Virus record (IMG/VR): IMGVR_UViG_3300028586_000737
Location: 1-42,686 of that record
Length of the DNA stretch: 42,686 nt
Reading direction: 5' to 3' (one strand)
Origin: a virus
Taxonomy: Duplodnaviria > Caudoviricetes
Shown here in pieces: positions 26,642 through 35,241 of this stretch. The notes under the pieces are model-generated. The model was given only the letters and a program-made list of their open reading frames with translations, was not told the origin of the DNA and did no database searches. Position 1 is the stretch's first letter. Each line of letters starts with the position of its first letter. A program made the translations under genes and the position numbers.

Positions 26642-27435
26642 TTCGGCACCTGCCGCATCCAATCGGTGCTGTCGTCATCGAGTTCGCTGCCTGGCCCTGA
26701 AGCCGACCCTGCCGACTTCGCTCGCTCTTTGGTGAACCAGGTAACCAGTCGATGACACCAACCAGCCGAGGTGTCCACGGTGCTCGGCTTGGCGACGAAG
26801 AAGCCCATGAACGACTTGATCACGGCATCCGGAATTTCCGCTGGCTTGACCCCCGCGATCTGAGACTGTGCGATCAGGTAGCGGCTGTCAGGCGACCAGT
26901 CGGCGAACATAGCGTACCGCTGACGTTCGTCGAGATCTTCGATGGCCTGTTGATCCTGCTGGCCGATCAAGTCCGAAAGCTCGCGCTGCTGCAGCTGTTC
27001 GGTTCCTTGATGGTTCAATGGTGTATTGGGTGCAGCTGCTGCACCCCGTTCCGCGTTTTCCTGCACCCCGTTCGGTTGTGAGCTGCACCCCGTGCGGTCA
27101 TCTGCACCCCGATCCTTACGGGGTGCAGCATTTGCACCCCGCTTAAGCTGTAGGTCATACACCACGGGGCGACGGTCGCGGCGGTCGATGTAGGCGGCGG
27201 CGATTGCTTGATTCCCCTCGGCGATCCACCCAGCCTTCTCCAACTCATCCAATTTCAGTCGCACGGTACGCTCTGAAAGCCCTGTCTGTTTCGAGATGGT
27301 CGCCGCAGACGGAAAGGCGCCTCGGCCTTCAGGCCCGGCGTAGTTCGCCATGCACAACAAGACGTGCCGCGCGGCGGGGTTATCCAGGGAGGACGTCGGG
27401 ATATCCATTGCCCAGGTCATTGCTTGAACGCTCAC
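26638..27435 (-). CDS. Replication initiator (O-analogue; N-terminal wHTH, C-terminal DnaT-like domain)
   Basis: MS.QAM.WA, VLL.MANYA, FPS, TGLSERTV; carries internal iterons. Confidence 0.85.
   Translation of the reverse strand: MSVQAMTWAMDIPTSSLDNPAARHVLLCMANYAGPEGRGAFPSAATISKQTGLSERTVRLKLDELEKAGWIAEGNQAIAAAYIDRRDRRPVVYDLQLKRGANAAPRKDRGADDRTGCSSQPNGVQENAERGAAAAPNTPLNHQGTEQLQQRELSDLIGQQDQQAIEDLDERQRYAMFADWSPDSRYLIAQSQIAGVKPAEIPDAVIKSFMGFFVAKPSTVDTSAGWCHRLVTWFTKERAKSAGSASGPGSELDDDSTDWMRQVPK
27028..27141. repeat. Iteron cluster, probable phage origin of replication
   Basis: TGCACCCCG at 27040, 27062, 27084, 27103, 27133; inverted copies near 27028 and 27119. Confidence 0.85.
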
Positions 27436-27512
27436 AGTGCTACTCCAGTTCTTCTGCCCGTGTTGCCTTGCCCAGGTCTGATGTGCATAATCTGTCTCGC
27501 ATAGTTGTGAAG

Positions 27513-27540
27513 AAGCCGGTCTAGCCACCGGCTTTTTTTT
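27513..27540 (+). terminator. Terminator-like hairpin oriented antisense to the replication operon
   Basis: AAGCCGGT-CTAGCC-ACCGGCTT plus T-run on + strand. Confidence 0.6.
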
Positions 27541-27624
27541 GCGTGAAATTCAGGTGTTAGGGGCGTCCGGCGCATCCGTGATCGCTTTTAGCTTCCGCAC
27601 GAAAAGGCCACGGAGGCCAGACAT

Positions 27625-28032
27625 ATGAAACTTCCAGAAATCCATTACCCGGCCGCTTGGGCGAACGCTGTCGATGCACAGGAGCGAGAGCCCAAGAGCA
27701 AAGACTTTGGTAACGAAAGCAAAGAGTCGGTGGCCGCGAGAACGGCGCTTGGCCCTTACAAGTTGATGTGTTTTCTGCACGGCCTTCGATGTCGCTACAG
27801 CACCCCTTGGAGGGTTCTGTCTCCGATGGAGGCAGGCCAGCTCTATCTGATCAATAAGCATCATTGGCTCCCCGGCGCTTTCCACAGCACCGAGCCGATC
27901 GACATGCTTTACATGCTGCATGAAGAGCTGATGGACTTTCGCTTGACACCTGAGCAGTTCCAGCCGATACGGGATTGGGCTCCGAACCTTTTCTGCTGGG
28001 ACGATCTGGCTGCAGAAGGTAATCAAGGGTGA
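27625..28032 (+). CDS. Hypothetical protein, antisense to the pR operon
   Basis: GGAGG RBS, 135 aa, protein-like composition. Confidence 0.7.
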   Translation: MKLPEIHYPAAWANAVDAQEREPKSKDFGNESKESVAARTALGPYKLMCFLHGLRCRYSTPWRVLSPMEAGQLYLINKHHWLPGAFHSTEPIDMLYMLHEELMDFRLTPEQFQPIRDWAPNLFCWDDLAAEGNQG

Positions 28033-28174
28033 CGACGGGTGGAGTCTGACCGGGCGCCGGCCCCCAAATGGCGAGACGTGCAGCCTTAGCGCGGCGCTCA
28101 GCAACAATCAGACCTGCTCCAAATCCCAAGAGCAGAGCCGAACCTACAACCACCATAAAAATCAGTTTATCCAT
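27851..28174 (-). CDS. Possible membrane-anchored protein downstream of cro
   Basis: N-terminal TM segment LIFMVVVGSALLLGFGAGLIV; 3' half overlaps the opposite-strand ORF. Confidence 0.4.
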   Translation of the reverse strand: MDKLIFMVVVGSALLLGFGAGLIVAERRAKAARLAIWGPAPGQTPPVVTLDYLLQPDRPSRKGSEPNPVSAGTAQVSSESPSALHAACKACRSARCCGKRRGANDAY

Positions 28175-28273
28175 CGCCACATCCCCTACTGGTTGGATCA
28201 ACAGCCAATCAGCTGTACTACTCGCCTCTCCCGCCTGGGCGGACAATCAGTTCGTTGCCGCTAATGGAAGGGT

Positions 28274-28495
28274 TTAAGCGGCTGATTTTTTGTCGGACGG
28301 CTTGCTGCTTTTACCCAGCTCCCCATGCATCTGATCGATAGCAATCCCAACGATGTAACTCGGGTTACTGATCTGGCCGCTACGGATACGGAATATGGTC
28401 GAGATGTCGCACTTGGCCCTCTCTGCGATGGCTTTGTAGGTCAAGCCAGAGCCAAGCAATACATCCAGTTTGTTCGGAAGATCGGTAGCGCTCAT
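28274..28495 (-). CDS. cro: Cro-like HTH repressor
   Basis: GLTYKAIAERAKCDISTIFRI HTH; divergent from cI; AGGAGG RBS. Confidence 0.85.
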   Translation of the reverse strand: MSATDLPNKLDVLLGSGLTYKAIAERAKCDISTIFRIRSGQISNPSYIVGIAIDQMHGELGKSSKPSDKKSAA

Positions 28496-28513
28496 GGCTG
28501 CCTCCTTTGTAGA

Positions 28514-28597
28514 TATGCACATAATCATGCACCAGTGCATAACTGTCAACGCTGCACTCTATTGCGGTATGCACTGCCGAAGGCGACGATTGCACTC
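28514..28597. promoter_or_regulatory. OR/pR region
   Basis: Palindrome ATGCACCAGTGCAT at 28527-28540 between minus-strand TTGACA (28544-28549) and GATTAT (28521-28526); further TGCAC half-sites. Confidence 0.8.
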
Positions 28598-29428
28598 ATG
28601 CATAAGACTATCGATAAAATTTTGGCCGAACTGATGGCCCGCGACGGCCTCAACCAGGCTGAATTAGCTCGCCTATCGAATGTGGGTCAACCAACAATAT
28701 CCCGGATACTCAAGCCTTCTGGCCCGAAAGGGATAAAGGACCCGACCGATAAGCAGGTGCGACCCTTAGCATCTGCCCTGAGGGTCACCACGGATCAGCT
28801 GCGGGGCTATGCACCAATTGATGGCAATACGGCCGACAGCGCAGTGCATGTAGAGAAATCATCTTCTACCGATCTGGTACTCGCTATGCTGGCTCGCAGC
28901 TCAAACCTACCCGAGAACCTGAGGAAGAAGATTCTAGCCGTCGCAGACGCAGAAGATGGCGGCGGCGCAATCGAGAGCGACTTTTACCGGCCGGGTGTTG
29001 TCGGCGACGAAGTATGGATCGCCCACTACGATGTACGCGCTGCGATGGGCGGCGGGCAGATCCCACATGAATACCCGGAGATGCTCCAAGACATCAGAGT
29101 CAGCCCCAAACATCTGCGCGAGATGGGCGTCACGTTCAGGGAGCACTTCCACCTCAAGATGATCACCGGCTGGGGCCAGTCTATGGCTCCGACGATCAAA
29201 GACCGCGACCCATTGCTTGTTGATGTCACGATCCGGGAGTTCACCGGGGATGGAATCTACCTGTTCTCGCACGACGAAATGCTTTACGTGAAGCGCCTGC
29301 AGAAGAAAGGCAAGGAACGCTTCAAGATGATTTCTGACAACAAGCACCATGACTCAGAAGACATAAGGGTCGACGATACCCACATCCTGGCTCGCGTGCT
29401 GTACGTGTGGAATGGGCAGCCGGTGTAA
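28598..29428 (+). CDS. cI: CI-like repressor (XRE HTH plus S24 autopeptidase)
   Basis: LNQAELARLSNVGQPTISRI HTH; GQSMAPTI and YVKRL Ser/Lys dyad. Confidence 0.93.
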   Translation: MHKTIDKILAELMARDGLNQAELARLSNVGQPTISRILKPSGPKGIKDPTDKQVRPLASALRVTTDQLRGYAPIDGNTADSAVHVEKSSSTDLVLAMLARSSNLPENLRKKILAVADAEDGGGAIESDFYRPGVVGDEVWIAHYDVRAAMGGGQIPHEYPEMLQDIRVSPKHLREMGVTFREHFHLKMITGWGQSMAPTIKDRDPLLVDVTIREFTGDGIYLFSHDEMLYVKRLQKKGKERFKMISDNKHHDSEDIRVDDTHILARVLYVWNGQPV

Positions 29429-29603
29429 TTGGCGCGAGGGAGATGCGCGGCCCTCAAGAAACCGAATCGGCAGCTGAGCCAATAATCAGCGACTTAGTTT
29501 AACGGGGGTGATGAAAGCTGGTAAGTGATAGTTTGTCAATCTAGCCAAGCGTTTTTCATAGAATTAATTTTGCTACCATCAAGCACATACATCAGGGACG
29601 ACC

Positions 29604-31349
29604 ATGGTCACTCGCCATACAAATAAAAAAAAACTAAATCAGCAGAAACCTAAGCATGAGATTTCCCTAAAAAAATTGAGAATCGACGCGCCTCCCTTCC
29701 GAAAACTCAAAAAAATAAGTATAGATTTTGCGCCAAGAATAACGCTCATTGCCGGACACAACGGTATAGGCAAATCAACAATCTTAGCGTTGGTCGCGAA
29801 CGGCTCTGGGATAACTGACAAAAACATAACAACTTACGCGGGAAGACAGTTCACGGGGCTACTGGATGAAATCATCCATTTGGATTACGAAACCGAATTC
29901 TTTGCAAACCAAGAATCTAAAAAGCTCCCCAATCCTTTCTTAGACTATACGATAAATGGTGCAGAACTTACAAAGCGTTGTGGCCAGACTAAGCGAGAGG
30001 TCAAAAACAAAGACGGCGAAACATATAGACTTGAAGCCAGGGTAGTACCCAGAAACATAGTTGATGCTCCTTTTTCGGACCCGTCTAACACTATTAAAGT
30101 CGGCGTAGCTTCAAAGGTCCCACTACCGACTATATATCTAGGCATGACCAGAATGATTCCGGTAGGCGAAACCGACCCTGAATCTATTGAAACGGCGATA
30201 GACAACTCAATTGAGCCCGAAGACGCGGAGTTTATCGACAAATTCATTCAGGACATCATCAGTCTTGGCCCAAGGGACAAGTCCAAGAAATCCAGCATTA
30301 CGACTCAGAGCATTATTGGGACAAGGAAATCAGCAAAACATCCAGAATACATGCACAGTCCAAAAAGCATATCATTAGGTCAGGATAGCTTGAGCGCTAT
30401 TGCTACCGCATTAGCCTCCTTCAAAAGATTGAAGCGCAACTGGGAGAATTACCCAGGTGGGCTATTAGTCATAGACGAATTGGATGCTGGTCTGCATCCG
30501 CACGCGCAGCAGTCCTTAATAGAAGCAATTAAGAATCATGCAAAGTTATTAAGGCTTCAAGTGATCGCTACCACTCACTCGTTACACATGATTGAGATAG
30601 TGCACCCAGAAAACAATATAATAAACGGCAACGGCGCTAGGATGGACTCTATAGTTTACCTCACGGACTCCATTGCTCCGCGCGCCGAAAAAGATATGTC
30701 GTTTGAAAAGATTAAAAACGATATGACACTAACAGCTCCGACACCGAGGCCAAAAGCAGCCAAGCAAGATAACACTCTTAAAATTTACCTAGAAGACGCA
30801 GAAGCGGATTTTTTTCTTAGAAGACTACTCACTAGAAGCTTGAAAATTAGAATAAACAAGGAAACAAAACGGACACTTAAAGCCATTCCTATTAGTGTCG
30901 GCTGCCAAAATCTTCAAGGCCTACAGAAATTTGACTCATACTTTAAGACTGTTCTTATTGTAGTTGATGCAGACTCATCTGTGACAAAGGGCCTCAAAAA
31001 CGTGGTTAAGCTGCCCGGCGGCCGCGACGCTCACGGCAATGGGTTCTCTCCAGAACGGACCATTTATGAGTTCGCCTTAAGGTTAATGGATGACGCCGAA
31101 GACTATCCTTCGACTCGGAGTTTTCTCAAAGAAAACAACATCACTAGAAATCAGATAGATAGGCATTTGATAAAAGGCGACACAAATATAAAGGACAGGG
31201 TATCCGCCAAAAAATGGATGAATAACCGACTTGCAATCATCGAGAAGTGGGACTTTGTCGGTCTATGGCTTGGCGAGCATCCAGACGACGTTGCTGCATT
31301 CGAAGCTGCGCTTATGACCGCTGCAATATCGACAGCCAGCCTTACGTAA
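29604..31349 (+). CDS. ABC-type (AAA_15/AAA_21-like) ATPase fused to a C-terminal TOPRIM-like domain; putative defence effector
   Basis: Walker A GHNGIGKS, signature SLGQ, Walker B LLVIDE, D-loop LDAGLHP, H-loop TTHS; C-terminal IYLEDAEA and IVVDAD. Confidence 0.8.
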   Translation: MVTRHTNKKKLNQQKPKHEISLKKLRIDAPPFRKLKKISIDFAPRITLIAGHNGIGKSTILALVANGSGITDKNITTYAGRQFTGLLDEIIHLDYETEFFANQESKKLPNPFLDYTINGAELTKRCGQTKREVKNKDGETYRLEARVVPRNIVDAPFSDPSNTIKVGVASKVPLPTIYLGMTRMIPVGETDPESIETAIDNSIEPEDAEFIDKFIQDIISLGPRDKSKKSSITTQSIIGTRKSAKHPEYMHSPKSISLGQDSLSAIATALASFKRLKRNWENYPGGLLVIDELDAGLHPHAQQSLIEAIKNHAKLLRLQVIATTHSLHMIEIVHPENNIINGNGARMDSIVYLTDSIAPRAEKDMSFEKIKNDMTLTAPTPRPKAAKQDNTLKIYLEDAEADFFLRRLLTRSLKIRINKETKRTLKAIPISVGCQNLQGLQKFDSYFKTVLIVVDADSSVTKGLKNVVKLPGGRDAHGNGFSPERTIYEFALRLMDDAEDYPSTRSFLKENNITRNQIDRHLIKGDTNIKDRVSAKKWMNNRLAIIEKWDFVGLWLGEHPDDVAAFEAALMTAAISTASLT

Positions 31350-31417
31350 CTAAGGCTGGCCAAGTATACTGCCGACCGCTAAAATGAGGCCCGCACGCCT
31401 CAAGGGATGAGATCATA

Positions 31418-32296
31418 ATGTACTCCAATAAGCTATACAGCCCCCTACGCTACCCTGGTGGAAAGGCTCGTTTCGCGCCCTTCATTGCGGAGGTGATGCA
31501 GGCTAACGGCTTGGAACTCGGTCATTATCTGGAGCCCTTCGCTGGTGGCGCCGGCGTAGCTCTTGAGCTTCTATTCGATGGGCATGCGACCCACGTGCAT
31601 ATCAACGATTTAGACCCTGCTGTCCATGCATTCTGGTCAGCTGCGACAGCCGAACCTGAAGGCATGCTGAAGCTGCTGCATGACACTCCAATCACGATGG
31701 CTCAGTGGCATCATTGGCGATCTGTGATGCTTGCCCAAGACCCGGATCTCTCTCTCGCCGAGAGAGGGTTCGCTACCCTCTTCGTGAACCGCACCAATCG
31801 CTCCGGCATCCTCAAAGGGGGCGTAATTGGAGGAAAGGCGCAGACTGGCACATACAAGCTTGACGCTCGTTTCAGCAAGGAGATGATTGCCGCTCGCCTG
31901 GAGCGAATCGCAACGAACGCAGAGCACATTTCGGTATATTGCGAGGACGCTTTTCTTTTGCTCAGTCGCGCATCAGAGATTCTGCCTGAACAATCGCTGA
32001 TATATCTCGATCCGCCCTACTACGTTAAAGGGCGTGGCCTGTATCGAAACTTCTACAACCATGATGATCATTTGCAAATCGCTCAATTGCTGCAGTCGCC
32101 TGGTTTCGAAAGGGCGTGGGTGGTCTCATATGACAACGCTCCAGAAATTTGCGAAATGTATAGCCAGAACGAGGCTTTGAGTTACGGTCTGCACTACACC
32201 GCGCAAGCGAGATATGTTGGCGACGAAGTCATGTTTTTCAAAGAAGGTATTTCCGTACCTGATGCGAAAATCCCCAGAGCTACCGTCGCAGCCTGA
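31418..32296 (+). CDS. Dam-like (D12 class) N6-adenine DNA methyltransferase
   Basis: SPLRYPGGK, YLEPFAGGAG, INDLD, IYLDPPYY motifs. Confidence 0.92.
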   Translation: MYSNKLYSPLRYPGGKARFAPFIAEVMQANGLELGHYLEPFAGGAGVALELLFDGHATHVHINDLDPAVHAFWSAATAEPEGMLKLLHDTPITMAQWHHWRSVMLAQDPDLSLAERGFATLFVNRTNRSGILKGGVIGGKAQTGTYKLDARFSKEMIAARLERIATNAEHISVYCEDAFLLLSRASEILPEQSLIYLDPPYYVKGRGLYRNFYNHDDHLQIAQLLQSPGFERAWVVSYDNAPEICEMYSQNEALSYGLHYTAQARYVGDEVMFFKEGISVPDAKIPRATVAA

Positions 32297-32300
32297 ATGT

Positions 32301-32326
32301 AGCCCAGCCAAGCGCCGGGCTTTTTA
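32301..32326 (+). terminator. Intrinsic terminator closing the ATPase-MTase cassette
   Basis: AGCCC...GGGCT stem plus T5. Confidence 0.6.
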
Positions 32327-32333
32327 ATGGGTG

Positions 32334-32654
32334 CTAGAAAGGTGCAGCCTCCTCTTCAGGCTCCTCATACGCCTGCGTCGGCAAATCCTCAACCGGCTGC
32401 GGCTCCCACCTCACCGTAACGCTATCGTCGTCGTTGAACGTCATGTCCAGCTCATCGGTAGCGACGAGGACCCCTATCACCTCCTCCCACTCACGATCCC
32501 CGTCCGTATCCAGGCGGTGAATCGTTACCCATCGCCGCGTCTGTGCGACTGGGTGGTTGATCATCTCTGAAACCCGTAGACCCAAACGTTCTACCCCGGA
32601 CATATCAACGCGTAATACTGGTTTCGCTTTCACCTGCGCAATGCTCATAATCAC
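32334..32654 (-). CDS. DUF1654-like protein
   Basis: ERLGLRVS.MINHP.AQ..RWVTIHRLD.D, V.VRW. Confidence 0.8.
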   Translation of the reverse strand: MIMSIAQVKAKPVLRVDMSGVERLGLRVSEMINHPVAQTRRWVTIHRLDTDGDREWEEVIGVLVATDELDMTFNDDDSVTVRWEPQPVEDLPTQAYEEPEEEAAPF

Positions 32655-32665
32655 CTCCCTTTTTA

Positions 32666-32681
32666 CTGTATATATATCCAG
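32666..32681. promoter_or_regulatory. LexA (SOS) box
   Basis: CTGTATATATATCCAG matches CTGT-N8-(A/C)CAG with an AT-alternating spacer, just upstream of the DUF1654 RBS. Confidence 0.82.
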
Positions 32682-32743
32682 TTAAATTCAAGAATAGCCG
32701 AGCCTGCAGGAAAAGTTAACCCACCGGCGAGAGAAGATTTCTT

Positions 32744-32806
32744 AATGCAGACGTGCAAATTATTATGCACCAGTGCATTGACAGGCAAATTGCACCAGTG
32801 CATATT
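32744..32806 (+). promoter_or_regulatory. OL/pL region
   Basis: TGCACCAGTGCA at 32766-32777 and 32791-32802, degenerate ATGCAGACGTGCAA at 32745; TTGACA (32778-32783)-17 bp-CATATT. Confidence 0.85.
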
Positions 32807-32918
32807 CCATCCATCGCAGCGATTAAACCGCAGCGAACAATGACTGGTGAAGCCGCCAGATAGCATGGGATCAGCGAAGTGATCTCCCAGCCCCGGATAA
32901 CGGGACCGACTGGACGAA

Positions 32919-32928
32919 GCTCTTTACA
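32919..32928 (+). promoter_or_regulatory. boxA-like antitermination element in the pL leader
   Basis: GCTCTTTACA resembles lambda/rrn boxA. Confidence 0.55.
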
Positions 32929-33012
32929 GAGAACGGAACGACCTATTGGAAAGCATCACTGAAGCACCTGGCTTGCCGGGTGCTTTGGGATGACAACCAC
33001 CGAGTAAAAAGA

Positions 33013-33414
33013 ATGGATACGACGATCGTATGCGGGGCATGGAAAGGCCACCTCGGCCGGGGACTTGCGCCGCGAGAGTTGCAGTTTTTGTTGTCAGCCG
33101 CCCAAGGCTGCACAGCCAAGGAAATCGCCCGGACGTTCGGCATCGCACCGGGCACCGTCGTAAAGCGCCTGTCGGTCGCCATGTTCAAGCTGGGCGTGAA
33201 TCGCCAGACGGCCATGATCGCTGAGGCCATGCGCCGACAGATCATTTCCCCGCTGTGCTTCATGTTCGCGTCAGTGATTGCTCTGCATTCAGTACTCGAT
33301 GACGACGCGATGAGGCGTGACCGGAAGGTGCCTGAGCAGCGCCGGGGCGGATACGAACTGAAGATCAGCCGTAAGGGCGCGGAGAAGATCCGGCCGGCGG
33401 CTGCGATCTGCTGA
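33013..33414 (+). CDS. LuxR/GerE-type HTH regulator
   Basis: LAPRELQFL...AQG.TAKEIAR.FGIAPGTV.KRL..AMFKLGV. Confidence 0.85.
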   Translation: MDTTIVCGAWKGHLGRGLAPRELQFLLSAAQGCTAKEIARTFGIAPGTVVKRLSVAMFKLGVNRQTAMIAEAMRRQIISPLCFMFASVIALHSVLDDDAMRRDRKVPEQRRGGYELKISRKGAEKIRPAAAIC

Positions 33415-33470
33415 ACCTGATTTCACTGGCTGGCCTTGGCGACAGGGCCAAACGGGAAATCAACCGGAGA

Positions 33471-33680
33471 ATGCGGATGGACGAGTACGAAATGATGCTC
33501 AGCCGGCTTGGAACGGTGACCGTGAGCAAAGCAGGTATCAGTGTCGAAGGCTTCCAGGGCAAGAACGCTATGTGCCGCGACGTGGCAATCATGGCGGTGG
33601 CCTGGGCAATTGGTGAGCTTCAGCGGGAAATGCTTAAGACGATCAAGAGGCCCGGCGGCGGCAATATCAGCGTCGATTGA
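33471..33680 (+). CDS. Hypothetical protein
   Basis: 69-aa ORF with GGAG RBS. Confidence 0.6.
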   Translation: MRMDEYEMMLSRLGTVTVSKAGISVEGFQGKNAMCRDVAIMAVAWAIGELQREMLKTIKRPGGGNISVD

Positions 33681-34215
33681 ACAACCAGCGCCACGACAGC
33701 CCTGTCGTTAACTGCCCGATACCTCGAACGCTTCAACGCTTACCAGGACGCATCGGCGTGTGATCTGACTGGTGTGCAGAGTAAGCCTCCGGGCCGAGAG
33801 AGCAGTAAATCCTCACCAGATCACACCCCGATGCGGACGAAACTGCGGCCTATAACCGCCCACCTGCATCCAACTGCCAGAGCACACAGCAGCAGTTGAA
33901 ACCCTATACGGAGGATTTGCAGTCATGCACCAGTAAGCACCCGCTGCCAAGCAGCAGTGTACTCAGCCACTAAAGCGCTGGGCGCTTGGGCCGACGAGAG
34001 AATATCGGCCCCGGAGAGCGCTGGCAGCCACCAGCCCCGTGAGCGGGAAGCGACCCTACGATGCGGTCATTGGCCATGACGCCGGAAAACGTAACCGGCC
34101 CCCGTCTCATCCCCCCTCAAATCAAACGACCGCATCGGCAGGTGCCAGGCCAGTCTCACGGCTGGGTTTGGTCACCTTCGCCTGGCATCTGGCCAATGCG
34201 GTCCTGGAGATTCCT

Positions 34216-34566
34216 ATGCATCAGACAATCAGCCAGCGTCGTGCAATCCTCGAAGGCCTGCGCCAGCGCTGCACGCTCTCAACTGCCGAGTTTTACGACA
34301 AGGTGGGGCGGTTCAATCAAGCCACCCTGCCGCGCTTCACGGTGGTTCCGAGCGGGAACAACCAGTTCGGCGTAGTTGAACGCTCGAGCGGTGTCGTCAA
34401 AGAGGTGTGCACCGGCCACGGCGCAGCGTGCAAAGCAGCGCAGAAGCTGGAAGCGGCGCCAGTTGCAAGCACCAAACCAACCAGCTTTGCAACGTTCATG
34501 GTTCGCTGGACGCTCGCCTTCTGCATCATCTTGGGCCTGTTCGCCGCCTACGGTGCGCAGCCATGA
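34216..34566 (+). CDS. Hypothetical protein with C-terminal TM helix
   Basis: GGAG RBS before MHQTISQ; hydrophobic C-terminus. Confidence 0.7.
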   Translation: MHQTISQRRAILEGLRQRCTLSTAEFYDKVGRFNQATLPRFTVVPSGNNQFGVVERSSGVVKEVCTGHGAACKAAQKLEAAPVASTKPTSFATFMVRWTLAFCIILGLFAAYGAQP

Positions 34567-35150
34567 TCAGCCCAGAGCTGAGCCTGATTCAGCGAAACAA
34601 AGAACGGTCCGCCGTGCTCGAGGCAGAAGTCGCCGAATTCCTCAAGCGGGGTGGCGTGATCGGAACGCTGCAGGGCTTCGCGTACAAACCGAAGCCATAC
34701 GGGCGAGCAGTCCCGGCAGCAGCGCCAGCGCCACACCGCCGGACCCGCCAAGCAATTTACGCTGCCGTGTTGAAACCGACTGCTGCTGACGAGCGAGAAA
34801 AACGTGATGCCGAACAGATCGTCCAGGTGCGAGAGCTTGCCAGGACGATGACCCTCACCGACGCAAGCCGGGCAAGTGGATTGAGCAAGCACATGCTCAA
34901 GCGCTATGCCTCAGAGGGGGAGTTTTCTTTCCAGCGCTACATCCCTCCCCCAGACCTGGAACGCACCAAGCCCGAGCGCATAGACCCGATAGCGGACGCG
35001 ATGAACGTGCTTCGTATCAAGGCTGCAAGGGACCGCGGGCTTTCGCGCAAGGCCGCCATGGATCTGATCGGTATCAGCAACACGCTGCTCGAAAGGCTCA
35101 TTGCGGACTACAGCATCGACTTCCCGCCGAAACGAATTCACCGTAAGTGA
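34563..35150 (+). CDS. Hypothetical protein with HTH-like segments
   Basis: ATGA-coupled; VAEFLKRGG.I motif and two HTH-like stretches. Confidence 0.7.
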   Translation: MISPELSLIQRNKERSAVLEAEVAEFLKRGGVIGTLQGFAYKPKPYGRAVPAAAPAPHRRTRQAIYAAVLKPTAADEREKRDAEQIVQVRELARTMTLTDASRASGLSKHMLKRYASEGEFSFQRYIPPPDLERTKPERIDPIADAMNVLRIKAARDRGLSRKAAMDLIGISNTLLERLIADYSIDFPPKRIHRK

Positions 35151-35241
35151 GGCGCATGCAATCGCGCGCCAACCACCGGCGGCGCCCTCTTCAACTCAAC
35201 ATCCCACCCAGCGGCCTGAGTGCCGATCAGGAGTTTTCGCT

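Noticed and set aside
27028-27141. Short repeats considered as a CRISPR array
   Set aside because: 9-bp units with ~10-13 bp gaps inside the initiator gene and no cas genes; they fit iterons
27550-28107. 185-aa minus-strand ORF as a cII candidate
   Set aside because: No HTH or cII motifs, no clear RBS; it is the antisense shadow of 27625-28032
28325-28597. N-terminal extension of cI in the ORF track
   Set aside because: Overlaps cro and the operators; the HTH starts after Met at 28598
33681-34215. tRNA genes in the long intergenic region
   Set aside because: No cloverleaf or T-loop GTTCGA pattern found
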